From the sequence record PQ287320.1: 64,000 nt of DNA; one strand, 5' to 3'. Position 1 is the stretch's first letter. Each line of letters begins with the position of its first letter. The translations under genes and the position numbers were made by a program. Positions 36,485 to 49,898 of the stretch are shown here, one piece after another. Under the pieces are notes generated by a model, which was not told the origin of the DNA, ran no database searches, and saw nothing but the letters and a program-made list of their open reading frames with translations.

Positions 36485-38430
36485 ATGGCCCGCGTCTGGA
36501 CCGCACGCGCCGGCGCCCTGGTCCGCTCCGAAGCGGTCCTGGTGTCGAACCTCCAGCAGGCGACCCAGTTCGTCGGCGAGATCGCGTTCGAGTCCACCCT
36601 GCGGCCCTATTCGGGCCAGACCTCGTCCATCGTCGCCGAGTTCGGCATCGACGGGGATAGCATCTGGTGGCCCGGCTATCCGGTCGCCTTCGATCCGCCG
36701 TTCCGGATCGTTGGTGAATTCGGGCTCAGCCTGTCGAAGGGCTCGTCCTCGATCTTCCCGTTCGAGTTTGACCGGGGGATCGACGACAAGACCGCCCTGG
36801 TCCAGGCGCTCAACGACGCCGGCTACGAAGGCGGCGGCGGGGGCGGAACCCCGTTCGACGACAGCTTCGACATCGTGCTCAGCGACGGCGACGAGGACGT
36901 CTCCCAAGGGGCGCTCGATCTGACGGGGCTTTCGGTCGGCGAATCGATCGTCAACCTCGACGTCCTGCTCGGCAAGCTGATCCCGCCCCAGCCGCCGGCC
37001 TTCCCGAACGGCACGCTGTCGATCAGCAACGCCGCCGGCAACGACCCGCGACTGGCGACGGGCTTCACCGACAACATCGCCTCGGGCCTGACGGCGGGAA
37101 CCTCGGTCACCCGCATCACCGCCGCCGGCGTCTCGACCTTCGCCTTCAACGACGTGGGTCCGGGCAACGCCGGCGTCCTCCAGGCCCTGCTCAATGGCGC
37201 GGTGGCCGCCGATCGCACCCTGACCGGCGCCGACGAGGGCAGCTATTCGGGTCTGGTGATCGCCGACCAGAAGGACTATCCGACCGACCGGCCGGGCTTC
37301 TGGAAGTCGATGGACGTCAGCCTCAATCTCCTGGCGGTCCCGGTCGGGGTCGACAAGATCAGGCTGAACCATACGGCGGCCGGCCAGACCAACGAGGCGG
37401 TGTTCATCCGCGACACCCTGACGGCGGTCCCGACGGTCTCGGCCGGCAGCGTCGTCCAGGAGAACGCGGGCGTCCTGGCCTATTCGTCGAGCGTCCCTCA
37501 CTACGGCACGGGCGCCTCGCTCACGGTGGGGATGTCGTTCAACAACCTCGCCGGCGAGACCTACTACGGCGGCTCCGACCCGGTGACGATCTCGGGCTCC
37601 AACTCGATCATCGCCGCCAAGTCGCTGAGCTACGGGGCCATCGGGATCACCACCCCGATCGCCCGCAACACCACCGCCGCCCAGGCCATCACCCCGCAGT
37701 CGATCGCCATCGACGGGACCAACGTCCACACCTCGGGGTGATCCAGGGCACGGCGCGCAATGTCAACGGCGCCTCGTCGACGGTCACCCTGTCCTCGACC
37801 ATCGTCCTGGTCAAGCGCGGGACGGCGACCGGCAAGCTGGACGAGCTTTCGATCCCGGTGACGGGCATGGGCTCGACTCCCAACGGCCTCAACGCCATCC
37901 GGGTCGGCCTGGGCGCGGGCGACACCCCGGCCGGGACGCCGCAGTCCTGGGACCAGACCGCCGCGCTCGCCACCCATGAAGCCGCCTGCGTGGCCGGCGT
38001 CATCGGGCACAACACGACGAACTACGCCACCGGCTACCTCCCGCCGGGACCCAACCTGTCGGTCGGCCGGGCCGGCGCCCAGTACATCACCCTGTCGTTC
38101 AAGCGCGCGGCGCGCTCGACGTTCCGGATCGCCCTCACCGGCAGCTATGCCGGCTGCTGGATCAAGCTCCCCGGCGTGTCGACCGCCCAACCAAACGCTC
38201 CGAACGGCTGGTGGAACGGCTTCCAGGCCTACGACGGCGCCGGCATCCCCGGCGAGGCGGGCGACCCGAACGCCGGCTGCGCCCTGGGCGCGGTGATGAA
38301 CGGCGCCTCGGGGACCTTCCAGATCACCTTCGGCACGGAGTCGTCGACCAACGCGACCAACAACGAAATCCTGGTCCGCTTGAAGTTCAACTCGGGCCAG
38401 AGCCTCACGGCTCTGTCGTTCACGAACTAA
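36485..38430 (+). CDS. Large beta-rich virion protein (frameshift ~37737 joins two ORFs)
   Basis: TSG-GTG-ATC: restoring one G removes the TGA at 37739. Confidence 0.65.
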
Positions 38431-38439
38431 GGGGCGGCC

Positions 38440-39137
38440 ATGGCGATCAACAGCACTGAACTGATCGACCGGCTGATCAAGCTGGTCGCCTTCGGGGTCA
38501 CCAAGACCGGCAAGGCGTCCGACAAGTCCGGCTCGAACGAATCGATCCCCTCTCCGACCGTGGTGTTCCCCGAGAACATCTGGAACGAGAAGGCCCTGCT
38601 TCCGGCCCTGCCGCCGGCGGCGGACACCGCCCAGGTCAAGGTCTATGCGGGCGCCGCCCGCATCCGCGCGACCGCCGACCCCACCGCCCAGCCGAATGAA
38701 ACGTGGCTGGCGACCTCGACCTACGGAACGCCGTCGACGCGGCTGACCAACTTCATCGCCCCCTCGGTGGGCGGCTCGGGCTACGCGGCCCGCGTCTTCA
38801 TCGGGGACCCCAACACCGGCCCGGCGGCCCGCATCTTCCCCGACACCACCGGGGAGGAATGGACCTTCGACTATATCGCCGGCGTCCTGAACTTTCCGAC
38901 CGCCGTGCCGGGGCCAAGACCGCCACGATCGGTTCGGGCTCGGTCAGCATCGCCGCCAACGGCATCTATCTCGAACTCTACCGCTACATCGGGGCGACCG
39001 GCGGCGGCGGAGGCGGGGTCGACCCCGACAGCCTGGGAACCATGGCGTACCAGGATGCCGATGACGTCGACATCACCGGCGGCAAAGTCGCCAACGTCGT
39101 CTTCACCAACGTCACCATCGACGGTGGAACCTTCTAA
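38440..39137 (+). CDS. Virion structural protein (frameshift ~38912)
   Basis: ...WTFDYIAGVLNFPTAVPG continues AKTATIGSG... to ...IDGGTF*. Confidence 0.65.
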
Positions 39138-39155
39138 CCCCCAGGAGCCCAACCC

Positions 39156-39572
39156 ATGGCCTCGCTCGTCTACAACTCCATGCTGCACGATCTGGTCAAC
39201 GGCGACATCGCCTTTGACACCGACACCTTCAAGGTGATGCTGGTGACCTCGGCCTACACGCCGAACAAGGACACCCACACTCGCAAGAACCAAGTCACCA
39301 ACGAGGTGACCGGCGCGGGCTACACCGCCGGCGGTCAGGCCTCCGCCGTGACCATCACCCCCGACACCGCCAACGACCGCGAGGACCTGTCGTTCGCCAC
39401 GGTGACCTGGACCAGCGCCACGATCACCGCCCGCGCGGCCGTGATCTACAAGGACACCGGCACGGCCTCGACCTCGCCGCTGATCGCCTACGTCGACTTC
39501 GGCACCGACGTCTCGTCGACCAACGCCAACTTCGCGGTCTCGTTCTCGTCGCCCCTGCGCTTCCAGAACTAA
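39156..39572 (+). CDS. Conserved phage structural protein
   Basis: DTFKVMLVTSAYTP...NEVTG.GYTAGG...PLIAYVDFG pattern. Confidence 0.75.
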   Translation: MASLVYNSMLHDLVNGDIAFDTDTFKVMLVTSAYTPNKDTHTRKNQVTNEVTGAGYTAGGQASAVTITPDTANDREDLSFATVTWTSATITARAAVIYKDTGTASTSPLIAYVDFGTDVSSTNANFAVSFSSPLRFQN

Positions 39573-39578
39573 TCCTGA

Positions 39579-39606
39579 TGTCACGAAACCCTAGGGTTTC
39601 GTGACA
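39579..39606. repeat. Perfect 28-bp palindrome
   Basis: TGTCACGAAACCCTAGGGTTTCGTGACA. Confidence 0.9.
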
Positions 39607-39648
39607 TACCGCCGCTCTCCCTCCGTCCCCCTGTAAAGGTCTCCCGCG

Positions 39649-42600
39649 TTGGTCGATCTCGTCGCCGGCACGCCCGCTTCCGTTGCCTATTCGGGCAGCG
39701 CGGTGGACTATGTCGTCAAGGCGACGGGGCAGGTGGACATCCACCTGTGGGGCGGCGCGGGCGCGGGCGGCTACTATGCCAACGGCACGGGCCAGCCCAA
39801 CAAGTTCGGCGGGGCCGGCGGCTACACCAACGTCCGGTTCATGGCGGAGGTGGGCGACACCATCACCGTCGAGGTCGGGCAGGGCGGGCGCGTTCCGTCC
39901 GGATCGGGCACCACCGCTTCGGCCGGCGGCCTGGGTGGCTGGCCCGACGGCGGCTTTGGCGCGATCAACTCCGGCGCGGCGTGGGTTGCGCCGGGCGGCG
40001 GCGGCGGCTCGACCCGCATCTACAAGAACGGCGACCTGATCGCGGTCGCCGGCGGCGGCGGCGGTGCCACCGGCTATTACAGCGGCGGCAACGGCGGCGG
40101 CGCGCTCGGCATGGCCTCGACCGACGCCTCGTCCGGCGCGCCCGGCACGCAGTTGGCGGGCGGCACCGCCGGCTCGGGCACGCTGGCTGTCCAGTCCGGC
40201 GGCTATTTCCGGGGCGGTCAGGCCAGCACCGCTCCCAACGTCTCCAACGCCTATACGGGCGGCGGCGGCGGCGGCGGCTTCTATGGCGGGGCCTCGAACG
40301 GCGGCGGCTCGGGCGCGCACGGCTCGGGCGGCGGCGGCTCGGGCTGGATGATCCAGACGACCGACGTCGCCGGCTCCTGCCGCGTCGCGCCGCAGGACGG
40401 CACGGGCACGCCGATCAACCCGAATGGCATCACGATCCCGGCCGGCACCGCCCAGGGCGGCGGCAACAACACCGCCACCAACCAGTGGGCCTCCGTCCAG
40501 GCGGGCGGCGACGGCTTCGTCTACATCGCCCTGACCGACGTCGCCGCGTCCGCCCCGACCCTGTCCAGCGGCGCCACCACGCTCAGCTATACCGGATCGC
40601 GTCAGGTCTACAAGGTCACCGACATCTGCTCGGTGGACTTCGAGATGTGGGGCGGCGGCGGCGGCGGCGGCTTCTACTCCTCGGGCGGCAACGCCGCGCG
40701 CTTCGGCGGCGCGGCCGGCTACACCAAGCTCACCAAAATCCTCTATCCCGGCGACATCGTCGAGGTCGAAGTCGCCCAGGGGGTCAAGCCCCCAGCGGCG
40801 TAAGCCAGACCGGTGGCGCGGGCGGCTGGCCCAACGGTGGCGCGGGCGGACGCCCGGCGGCGGGCGCCCCCAACTTCGGCGGCGGCGGCGGCTCGACCAA
40901 CGTCTGGGTTAATGGACGCCTTCTGGCGGTCGCGGCCGGCGGCGGCGGCTCGACGGGCTTCTATTACGGCGGGGCCGGCGGTGGGCGCTACGGCCTCCAG
41001 TCCTCCGACCAGACCACCAACAACGGCACCGGCGGGACCTGGGGTGGGGTGAACACCACCAGCAGCCAGGGTCGCGGCTATTTCATGCAAGGTGGGCACG
41101 GCTCGCCCATCGAGTCCCCGACCATCGCGATCGCCACGGCGGGCGCGGGCGGCGGCGGCGGCTATTACGGCGGCGGCGGGGCCAAGGGCGGCTCGGGCAC
41201 CCACGGCTCGGGCGGCGGCGGCTGTGGCTACGTCTCCGGCGACAACACCTATAACCGCGTCATGCAGCAGGGCACGCCCAACACCGGCGCGCCCTATGAT
41301 CCGGGCACCAAGCCGGCCGGCGTGGGCGTCGGCGGCACGGGGGCTCCTCGGCCGGCACCACGGGTCCGGGCGGCAATGGCGCGTGCCTGCTCAACGTCAC
41401 GCCCCTGACCGGCCTGTCGTCCCTGCCGACCGGCAAGACCGTCTTCAGCTTCACCAACGCCGCCGAGCACTATGTCGCCCCCTCCGACGGCGTCATGGCC
41501 GTCAAGGTGTGGGGCGCGGGCGGCGGTGGCTGCACGCGCTCGTCCGGGACCTTGCGGCGCGGCGGCGGCGGCGGCTTCTTCCGCGTCGACCTGATCAAGA
41601 TCGCCCAGGGCGACATCGTCACCTTCGTTGTCGGAGAAGGCGGCAAGGGCATGCCCGGCGCCAACCTCGGCGGGCGCGGGGGCTTCCCGAACGGCGAAGG
41701 CGGCAACGCGGGCGACGCCACCGGCGGCAACGGGGCGGCGGCGGCTCCTCGCACGTCTACCTCAACGGCAAGCTCATCGGGGTCGCGGCCGGCGGCGGCG
41801 GCGGCGCGATCTCGTTCGACGGTCAGACGGCGGGTCTCGCCGGTTATCCCCCCAGCAGCGACGGCTTCGACAAGACCGGGGCGACGCTGTTCTCCGGCGG
41901 CTATTCGGGCCAACGCGGCGCGGAAGGCAACAACCGGGGCGTCTTCATGCTGGGCGGTATGGGACAGGTCGACGGCAACCTGACGATCGACACGCCCAAC
42001 AACCTCTGCGGCGGCGGCGGCGGCGGCGGCTACTGGGGCGGGGCCGGCGCGGTCCCGCTGAACTCGCGCTTCCAGGGCGGCGGCGCGGGCACCACCTACA
42101 TCTCGTCCGACTACATAGGGACCCAGCTTGCGGGCTCCACCAGCGGGACCAACATCACCGACGCCGACTGGGGCTCGTCCGCCAGCGTCGGCGGCCAGGG
42201 CTCCAACACCGTCGGCAACGCCATCACCAATGGCGGGCACGGCCGCATCGTCTGCCAGTTTGACATCCCGACGCTTCTGAACGAGAGCGCCAGCAACAAC
42301 ACCCCCGTCACCAGCAGCGTGCAGACCTACATGGTCGGCAACGACGGCACCCTGACCCTCAAAGCCTGGGGCGGCGGCGGCGGCGGCTCGATGATGGCGG
42401 GCAACGGCGGCACCGAGGCCGCCGGCGGCGGCGGCTACGTGACGGGCACGCTGGATGTCAAGAAGGGCCAGATCGTCCGCATCTGGAACGGACGCGGCGG
42501 CGGCGGGGCCAACTACACCAGTGGCGCGGGCGGGTCTTACGTCGGCACGGGCGGCACGGGCGGCTGGCCGGACGGCGGCACGGGTGGCATGCACGTCTCG

Positions 42601-45600
42601 GGTATCTTCGGCGGCGGCGGCGGTTCCTCGCGCGTCTATGTCGACGACGTCCTGCTCCTGGTGGCGGGCGGCGGCGGCGGCCTGGGGATCGCCACGGCGA
42701 CCACCACCGCCGGCGGCGGCGGCGGTCTGACGGGTCAGAACTCCGACACCGTGACCGTCTTCAACACCGGCGGCAGCGGCTATCGCGGCGGCGTCAACAC
42801 CGCCCGCCCGACCGACACCAGCACCACCGGCACCCGTTTCCAGGGTGGCAACGGCTATGTCCAGGGCAGCACCTCGGGCACCAGCAACATCAGCCATGGC
42901 GGCGGCGGCGGCGGCGGCCTCTACGGCGGCGCGGGCTCGGGCTCCAACAACGGTTCCTCGACCGGCTGGCTCGGCGGAGCCGGCGGCTCGGGCTTCATCG
43001 CCGACGGCAAGGGCGTCCTGGCTGATGACTGGCTGCGCGACTATGTCGCCCTCCAGTACAGCTTCGAGACGGCTGGTGATCTGGCCGATGACGGCCGCGC
43101 GGTCAACACCCAGCTTCTCGACACCGCGCCGACCACCACGACCTCGGGGCCGAAGTACGGCACCAAGTGCCTGACCATGAACGGCGGTCACCTGACCGCC
43201 AACATCCCGGCGATCGGTACCCAGGACTTCACCCTGGAAGGCTGGTTCAACCCCTCGTCGCTGGCGACCGGGGTGATGATGCTGATCGGCGACCAGAGCA
43301 TCAACGGCCTGTCGCTGCACTACTATCCGAGCGCCACGGTCCTGGCCCTGCGCTACAACAACACCGCCGGCGACGGCTCGGCCGACTACAAATACACCGA
43401 CAGCGCCCGTGCGGCCAACGTCTGGGCGCACTACGCCGTCGTGCGCGACATCAACGGCACGCGCGTCTATAAGGACGGCGTCCTGGTGACCACGGTCACC
43501 GGCAACCCGCTCAACATCACCGCCACGACGCTGACGCTGGGGAACTACCGGGCGGTCTCGGGCGCGAGCACGCGCTTCGTCGGCAAGATCGACGAGGTGC
43601 GCCTGACGATCGGCGTCGCCCGCTATCGCCAGAACTTCAAGCCGACCGCGTTCCGGAACAGCTTCACCACCGGCCTGACGGCGACGGCGATCGCCCAGGC
43701 GACCAACTCCGGCGCTGGCCTGCCGGCCTCGACCGGCGTCTCGGGCTATCTGGCGGGTCGCGGCGTCGGTGCGGTCCTCAAGACCTCGGGCAACGGCAAC
43801 ACCGGCGGCGACGGTCAGGTCAACTACTATCTGGCGACCTCCACGGTCGCAGCCGTCGGTCCGATCGGTACCGTCAATGTCAGCGGCCTCGACAACGCCG
43901 CCGCCGGCGCCTTCTATCCCCTGCCGGGCACGGGCACGACCACGGTCGTCCCCTATACGGGCGCGCGCGTCAACTATTCGGTCGACGACCCCGCTGGCGC
44001 TCGGATCAAGGTCGAGATGTGGGGCGGCGGCGGGGCGGCTGCTCGTTCAACAATACCCTGACGACCAACGGCGGCGGCGGCGGCGGCTATACCGTCTACG
44101 AGATCGACCTCGCCTATGGCGACACCGTCATTCTCCAGACCCCGTCCGGCGGCTACGGCTCGACCACCGCCGGCGGCAGCAATGCCACGGGCATCAACAC
44201 CGGCGGCTATCCCGATGGCGGCGACGGCTATCGCCCTGCCTTCACCGCCTTCAACGGCGGCGGCGGCGGTTCGGCCCGGATGTGGGCGCGCGGCAATCTG
44301 GCCGCCGTGGCGGGCGGCGGCGGTGGCAGCGCCTACGGTTCGGGAGCCTACGACTGGGCGGGCGGTCCGGGCGGCGGCTCGTCCGGCGGCTCGGGCCAGT
44401 ACGACGGCGTCAACGCCACCTTCCCCAACACCGGCGGCACGCAGAGCGCCGGCGGCGTCGGCACGATCAACGGCCAGAGCGGCGCGTTCCTGCAAGGCGG
44501 CGTCGGGGGCTCGACGGTCGGCGTCGCCAACAACGGTCCGGGCGGCGGCGGCGGCTATTACGGCGGCGGCGGCGGCGGCGCCTACAAGGCGGGCGGTGGC
44601 GGCTCGGGCTACGTCAACACCACCATCCCTGGCTATCGCACCGGCTCGACCTCGGGCGGCTCGGGCAACCTGCCCGGCGGCATGGGCTCGCCCAACTACG
44701 CCTCGGGTATCGGGGTCGGCTCGAACGGCAAGGGCGGGGCCGCCCTGCACGGCGGCCCCGGCCGCATCGTCCTGTCGGTCATCACCCCGACCAACGCCAG
44801 CGCCTCGGGTACGATCGGCGTCGTCGACATCCAGGCCATCAACACCTTCGGCCTGCTGATCGGCCAGCCGACCGGCGCGATCGGCACGATCACCCTGACC
44901 CCGCCGGTCGGTCAGTCGGGTCAGCCGGCCTTCGCTTCGGGCGCCCTGCCGACGATCGGCGTCGGCCCGCCCGAGACGATCCCGCAGGCCCAGGCGATCG
45001 TCATCGTTCCGATCAACGATCAGACCTCGATCCTGGTCGAGCCGCCGATCAACGCCCCGCTGCAAATCCCCGCCGACGGGATCGGCGACATCGGCACGAT
45101 CACCGTCACGGGCCTGACCGCCACGGAGACGGCAGGCGCGGACTATGCCGTCCCGGCGATCGGCACGATCAGCGTCACCGCGCCCGAGGGCGTGGCGGTT
45201 GAAATTCCGCCGGTCCTGGCCAGCGGCGCGCTTCCGACCGTCACCGTCGTCGCGCCCGAGGCGACCTACGAGGTCATTCCGCCGGTCTACGCAGCCGGCG
45301 ACATCGGCACGATTACGGTCGTCACGATCAACGGCGACGCCTCGACCAACAACAACGTCGCCACCTCGGGCGACATCGGCACGATTACGGTCGCCACGAT
45401 CAACGGCGACGCCGTGGGCGACGATCTGGCCGAGGGCCTGATCGGCACGATCACCCTCACCCCGCCGACCGCCACCGTCTTCCAGGATGCGGCGACGTCG
45501 GGCGACATCGGGACCATTTCGGTCTATGCGATCGAGGGCGGCCAGCCGGCGGACGCCACGGGCGACTTTGGCCTGGGCGGCGGGGCCGTCATCCAGGTCG

Positions 45601-48075
45601 TGGCGCCGGGCGCGACGGTCAGCGCCTCCACGGGCGACGACATCTCGCTCTATGCCGACATCGGCACGATCTACGTCACCTACCCGTTCGGGTTTGGCTT
45701 CTGGATTTCGGAAGACAACTACGTCCACGCCCTGCCGGACCCGCTGGTCGTCACGACCACCGCGCCCACTGCTTCGGCGCGGGGTGACGTCCGCATCGTC
45801 CAGCCGCTCTCGACGATCGTCCTGTCGCCGACCACCGTGCTCGCCACCGGCGACGCCCTGGCCGAGCCCTACACGGGCGACTTCATCATCCTGGTCTCGC
45901 CGCCGGTCCCGCAAACGGAACTGAACGCGAACGTCAACGTGGCGATGCCGCCGCCGATCGTCATCAACGGCAATGACGCGGAAGCCTCGCTCGACATCAC
46001 CGTCCCGTTCAGCGATACGGCGGTCTTCGTCAGCGCGCCCCAGGCCGACGGCCTGGGCTTCCATGGCGGCCTGCTGGGACCGCCAATCGTCGTCACCCCG
46101 CCCCAGGGCGGCCCGGAGATTTCGGCCAACGCGATCGGCCAGATCGGGACGATCACCCTGGAGGCCCCGCGCCTCTACTACCTCCCGCCGATCACGGTCA
46201 TCCCGCCGACCGGCGTGGCGCTCGACGCCAAGTCGGCCGAGGCCTCCGGGTCGATCGGCACGATCAACATCGGCGTGCCGACCGGTGGCTATCAAGCCGC
46301 CGTCGCGGTCAACCTCCCGCTCGGGACGATCTTCGTCTCGCCGGTCCAGGGCATGGTCTTCGCCTCGGCGTCGGTGTCGGGCGACATCGGGACGATCACC
46401 CTCAACCCGCCGGTCGCCAGCCTGACGGCGGGGGCGAACGCCTCCTTCACCCTGCCGGGTCCGATTGACCTGACCTCGCCCGAAGCCACGGCGACGGCGG
46501 GCACGGCCGCCTCGACCTCGGGCGCGATCGGCACGATCACCCTGACCTCGCCTACCGGCTCGGTCCTGACCGGCAGCGCGGCCTCGGCGTCCGGCTCGAT
46601 CGGCACGATCACGGTCTCGCCGTTCGACGGCAGCGTCTTCATCTCGTTTCCTGGCTTCGCGTCGGGCTCGATCGGGACGATCACCCTCACCCCGCCGGCC
46701 GCGACCGTTTCGAACGGCCGCAACCTCTCGCTGGCCTTCCCCGGCCCGATCGTCGTCACGCCCGCGCTCGCCCAGGCTCGCGCCGGCGCCAGCGTGTCAG
46801 GCGACATCGGCACGATCACCGTTGTCTCGCCGACCGGACAGGGCACCGGCGACACCGTTCTGGGTGTCGGCGACATCGGCACGATCACGCTTGCCGCGCC
46901 GGCCAGCGCGGCGACGGGCCGAGGCCTGGGGACGGGGGCGATCGGCACGATCGTCGTCACCGCGCCGACCGCGACGCTCACCACCGGGGCCAACAAGTCC
47001 GCCGCCCTGCCGGGGCCGATCCTCGTCACCCCGCCGGTGGGCGTGGGCCGCGTCCCGAGCGCGACGTCCGGCGACCTCGGCACGATCACGATCACCAGCG
47101 TCCCTGAGGCGACGGTCGCGGCGGGCCAGAGCCTGTCGGGTCAGATCGGCACGATCACCCTCATCCCGCCCGAGGCGCTGGCCCAGGGTTCGGTGTTCGT
47201 CGATCCGACCGGCGAAATGGTCGTCCAGGTCCTGCCGCCGCAGCCGATCCTCTTCCAGGAAGCGACGGTCATCGTCGGCTTCCCGACCATCTACCTCGTC
47301 TCGCCCGAGGCGATCACCTATTCGCTGGCCGAGTTCTCCTCGATCACGGTCCAGGCGCCGGACGCCTACGTCACCGTGCCGCTCCCGCTCGGCAAGAACC
47401 GCATCCGCTACCGCCGCAACAACACGGCGGGCAAGGCCCCACGTCTCTGCGTCCCAACGAGATCGCCCTGAACGAGACCGACGGCCTGCTGTTCTCTCGC
47501 GATGGGTTGGGCGTGGTCAAGGCCACGCCGCTCGGCTTCCTGACGGGCGCGGGCGTGCCCCCGCCGGTCACCGACGACGGCAAGGTCCTGGCCGGGACCA
47601 TGGCCTGGGAAACGCCCTTCACCCAGTACCTCCTCCCGGTCCGCAACGCTCCGCCGGCGGGCTCGCGCATCGCCCTGGGCGAGGGCGTGGTGGGGGTGAC
47701 GACCTTCACCCCGACCGTCGGCGCCACCTACACCCGCCCGTTCTTCGTGGCCAAGACCATCGACATCCAGGCCTTGTCGGTCGAGGTCGTCGGTCCGGCC
47801 GCCGCGACGGCGGAACTGGGCTTGATCGGCTGGTCGCTGTCGGGCACGCCGGGCGTGACCTATGCGCTTGGCTCGGTCAGCACCGCCACGGCCGGGATCA
47901 AGACCGCGTCCGGCACGGCCGTCACCTTGACGCCGGGCTGGTATGCCTCCACCTTCAAGGTCACCGGTGCGGCGGGGGCGTCGTTCCGGGCTCCCACCGC
48001 TCCGACCGCGATCGCGCCGGACTTCACCGTGACGCCGGGCGCCCCCGCCCCGTCATGGCGGACCTGGAGGCTTAA
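39649..48075 (+). CDS. Giant (~2,800 aa) Gly-rich/LamG-lectin fibre-like virion protein, split by six -1 frameshifts
   Basis: Repeated (M/L)WGGGGGGG modules; LamG segment ~43030-43660 (DFTLEGW...W.HYAVVR...G.IDEVR); GDIGTITV repeats; frames step 1-0-2-1-0-2-1. Confidence 0.75.
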
Positions 48076-48079
48076 GGCC

Positions 48080-48748
48080 GTGCCGACCAACATCATCATG
48101 CCGCCCGACTCGACGGTGCTGGCCGACGTCCTTCTCAACGGCGGGGCGGGGCCGCCCGCCGACCCGGCCGACGGCGAACTCTACATCGACGAGGCCGGCC
48201 GCACCCTCTATGTCGAGACCGTGGTCGGCGTCCAGGGCATCCCCCTCGACGTCGGCTATGTCCCGCGCCGCCCGAGCGGCACCCCGCCCGACTACGTGGT
48301 CAACAAGACCGCCACCGGCGCGGCCTGGGGTCCCCTGGCCGGCGGGGCGGGCGGCTCGCCGTTCGACTCGGCGGAGTTCAGAGTCCCCGGCATGGCTCCC
48401 ACGGGCCTGGACACGGTTGTCCTGCCCGGCGCCTCCGGTGGCATGGGCCTCTTCGAGATGCCGCTGCAAGCCCTGCTCCGGGAAGTCCGTGTACACGCCT
48501 CTGCCGGCGCCGGCGCGGCGACCCTGGCCCTCTACCCGTTCAACGGCTCGCTCGGCTCGGTCATCTACTCCCAGACCGTCACCCTGACCGCGCCCGAGAC
48601 CCAGGTCCTGCCAGTGTCGATCGCCCTCGTGCCGGGCGTCTACGCCTGGGTCTGGACGGGGGCCGCCAGCCTGACCCTGGACGCGGTCAAGGGCTCGCTA
48701 CCCTGGGCGACGCGCGAGCAGGTCCACCCCGTGGCGATGAAGTTCTAA
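48080..48748 (+). CDS. Fibre-associated structural protein
   Basis: GGAGG RBS plus GTG after reconstructed stop at 48075. Confidence 0.55.
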   Translation: MPTNIIMPPDSTVLADVLLNGGAGPPADPADGELYIDEAGRTLYVETVVGVQGIPLDVGYVPRRPSGTPPDYVVNKTATGAAWGPLAGGAGGSPFDSAEFRVPGMAPTGLDTVVLPGASGGMGLFEMPLQALLREVRVHASAGAGAATLALYPFNGSLGSVIYSQTVTLTAPETQVLPVSIALVPGVYAWVWTGAASLTLDAVKGSLPWATREQVHPVAMKF

Positions 48749-48749
48749 G

Positions 48750-49526
48750 ATGGCGATCCAGAACCCACACTCCACCACGCCCGGCGTGATGCCCCACCTG
48801 ACGCCCGGCGAAATCGGGATCAACAAGGCCGACGACATCCTGTGGTTCCGGTCCGAGGGCCGCCGCGTCCCGATCATCCTGAGCGACCTCACCCGCGCCC
48901 CGCCCGCCACGGGCTATGTCGGTGCGCCCCTGGCCCTCAAGAATGGACAGCCGATCTGGGACGCCAAGCGCGCGCCTTCCTCCGTGGTCAACGGGCAGGT
49001 CAAGGTCGATCTTCCGCCGGATGTGGGCCTGCACGCCATGCCGAGCGTGCTCCTCACCGGCCTGGGTTCGGACCGCGTCCTAGCAACCAACGCCCTGGAC
49101 CTGTCGCCCTTCTACGTCCGGTCCGATTCGATCACCATCACCCACCTGTCCTTCAGCGTCCGCTCCGCCGGCGCCCCGGCGATGCGGGTCGGGATCGTCG
49201 ACAGCTTCGGCGTCGTCCAGGCCGACGTCCTGGTCGCCGCCCCGGCCGTGGGCGCCAACGTGGTCGCCCTCTCGCCGGTCCTGACCCTCCAGCGAGGGAC
49301 CTACCGCACCATCCTGGCGACGACCGGCAATGTGACGGTCGGCGTCGTCACCGGCGCGCGCATGGAGCAGGGCTGGGACATCATCGGCGACGCCCCCTCG
49401 TTCATCCACGGCTACAGCGGCTCCAAGAACACCGGAGGCGGGATCGGCAGCTTGCCGGCCCTGACGCCTCGCCGCGACAGCGCGCCGGGCCAGGACCACT
49501 GCGTCCTGATGCGCTGGACGGCGTGA
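48750..49526 (+). CDS. Fibre-associated structural protein
   Basis: N-terminal L.PGEIGIN..D..LW motif; paralogous to the tail of the giant gene. Confidence 0.65.
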   Translation: MAIQNPHSTTPGVMPHLTPGEIGINKADDILWFRSEGRRVPIILSDLTRAPPATGYVGAPLALKNGQPIWDAKRAPSSVVNGQVKVDLPPDVGLHAMPSVLLTGLGSDRVLATNALDLSPFYVRSDSITITHLSFSVRSAGAPAMRVGIVDSFGVVQADVLVAAPAVGANVVALSPVLTLQRGTYRTILATTGNVTVGVVTGARMEQGWDIIGDAPSFIHGYSGSKNTGGGIGSLPALTPRRDSAPGQDHCVLMRWTA

Positions 49527-49535
49527 ATCTTGACA
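49522..49535 (+). promoter_or_regulatory. GANTC/-35 promoter
   Basis: CGTGAATCTTGACA. Confidence 0.65.
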
Positions 49536-49588
49536 GCCGCCGCGAAAGCGGTTAACCTGCGCGCTCAACTGGAGTTTCGAGCGCCGTC

Positions 49589-49855
49589 ATGGCCGAGCTT
49601 GTCCGCATCTATCACCCCGAGACGAACGAGCCGTTCGACGTGATCGCGTCGATCGCCGAGCGTCTGCGCCTGGGTGAAGGCGACGACAAGCTGGTGTGGC
49701 TCTCGCAGCCCTTCACCCGCGTCAAGGCCGAAGAGCCGGCGTCGGAAGGCCCCAAGGGGCGAGGTCGTAAGCGCGTCAGCGCGCCCGTTCCGGTGGAAGC
49801 CGAAGACGACGGGTGGCGTGACGTGCCGACCGAGGAAGTCGACGAAGCCGCCTAA
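49589..49855 (+). CDS. Hypothetical protein
   Basis: GGAG RBS. Confidence 0.65.
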   Translation: MAELVRIYHPETNEPFDVIASIAERLRLGEGDDKLVWLSQPFTRVKAEEPASEGPKGRGRKRVSAPVPVEAEDDGWRDVPTEEVDEAA

Positions 49856-49898
49856 GGCGCTTCCCCTTCCACTCTGCTGAAATTCGGTCCAGCCTCAT

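Noticed and set aside
37739-37741. TGA readthrough or recoding
   Set aside because: Restoring one G in GGGG removes the stop; same pattern as the other indels; no suppressor tRNA in the array
43974-46295. Long minus-strand ORFs (also 58398-60857, 61842-63851, 27790-28887, 31989-33020)
   Set aside because: Shadow frames of high-GC plus-strand genes; no RBS or recognisable motifs
44800-47300. Diversity-generating retroelement template/variable repeats
   Set aside because: Repeats are degenerate coding repeats with no adenine-specific mismatches, and no reverse transcriptase is in the window
39649-48075. Programmed frameshifting or phase variation in the giant fibre gene
   Set aside because: No slippery heptamers; six shifts would give negligible product; identical lesions occur genome-wide
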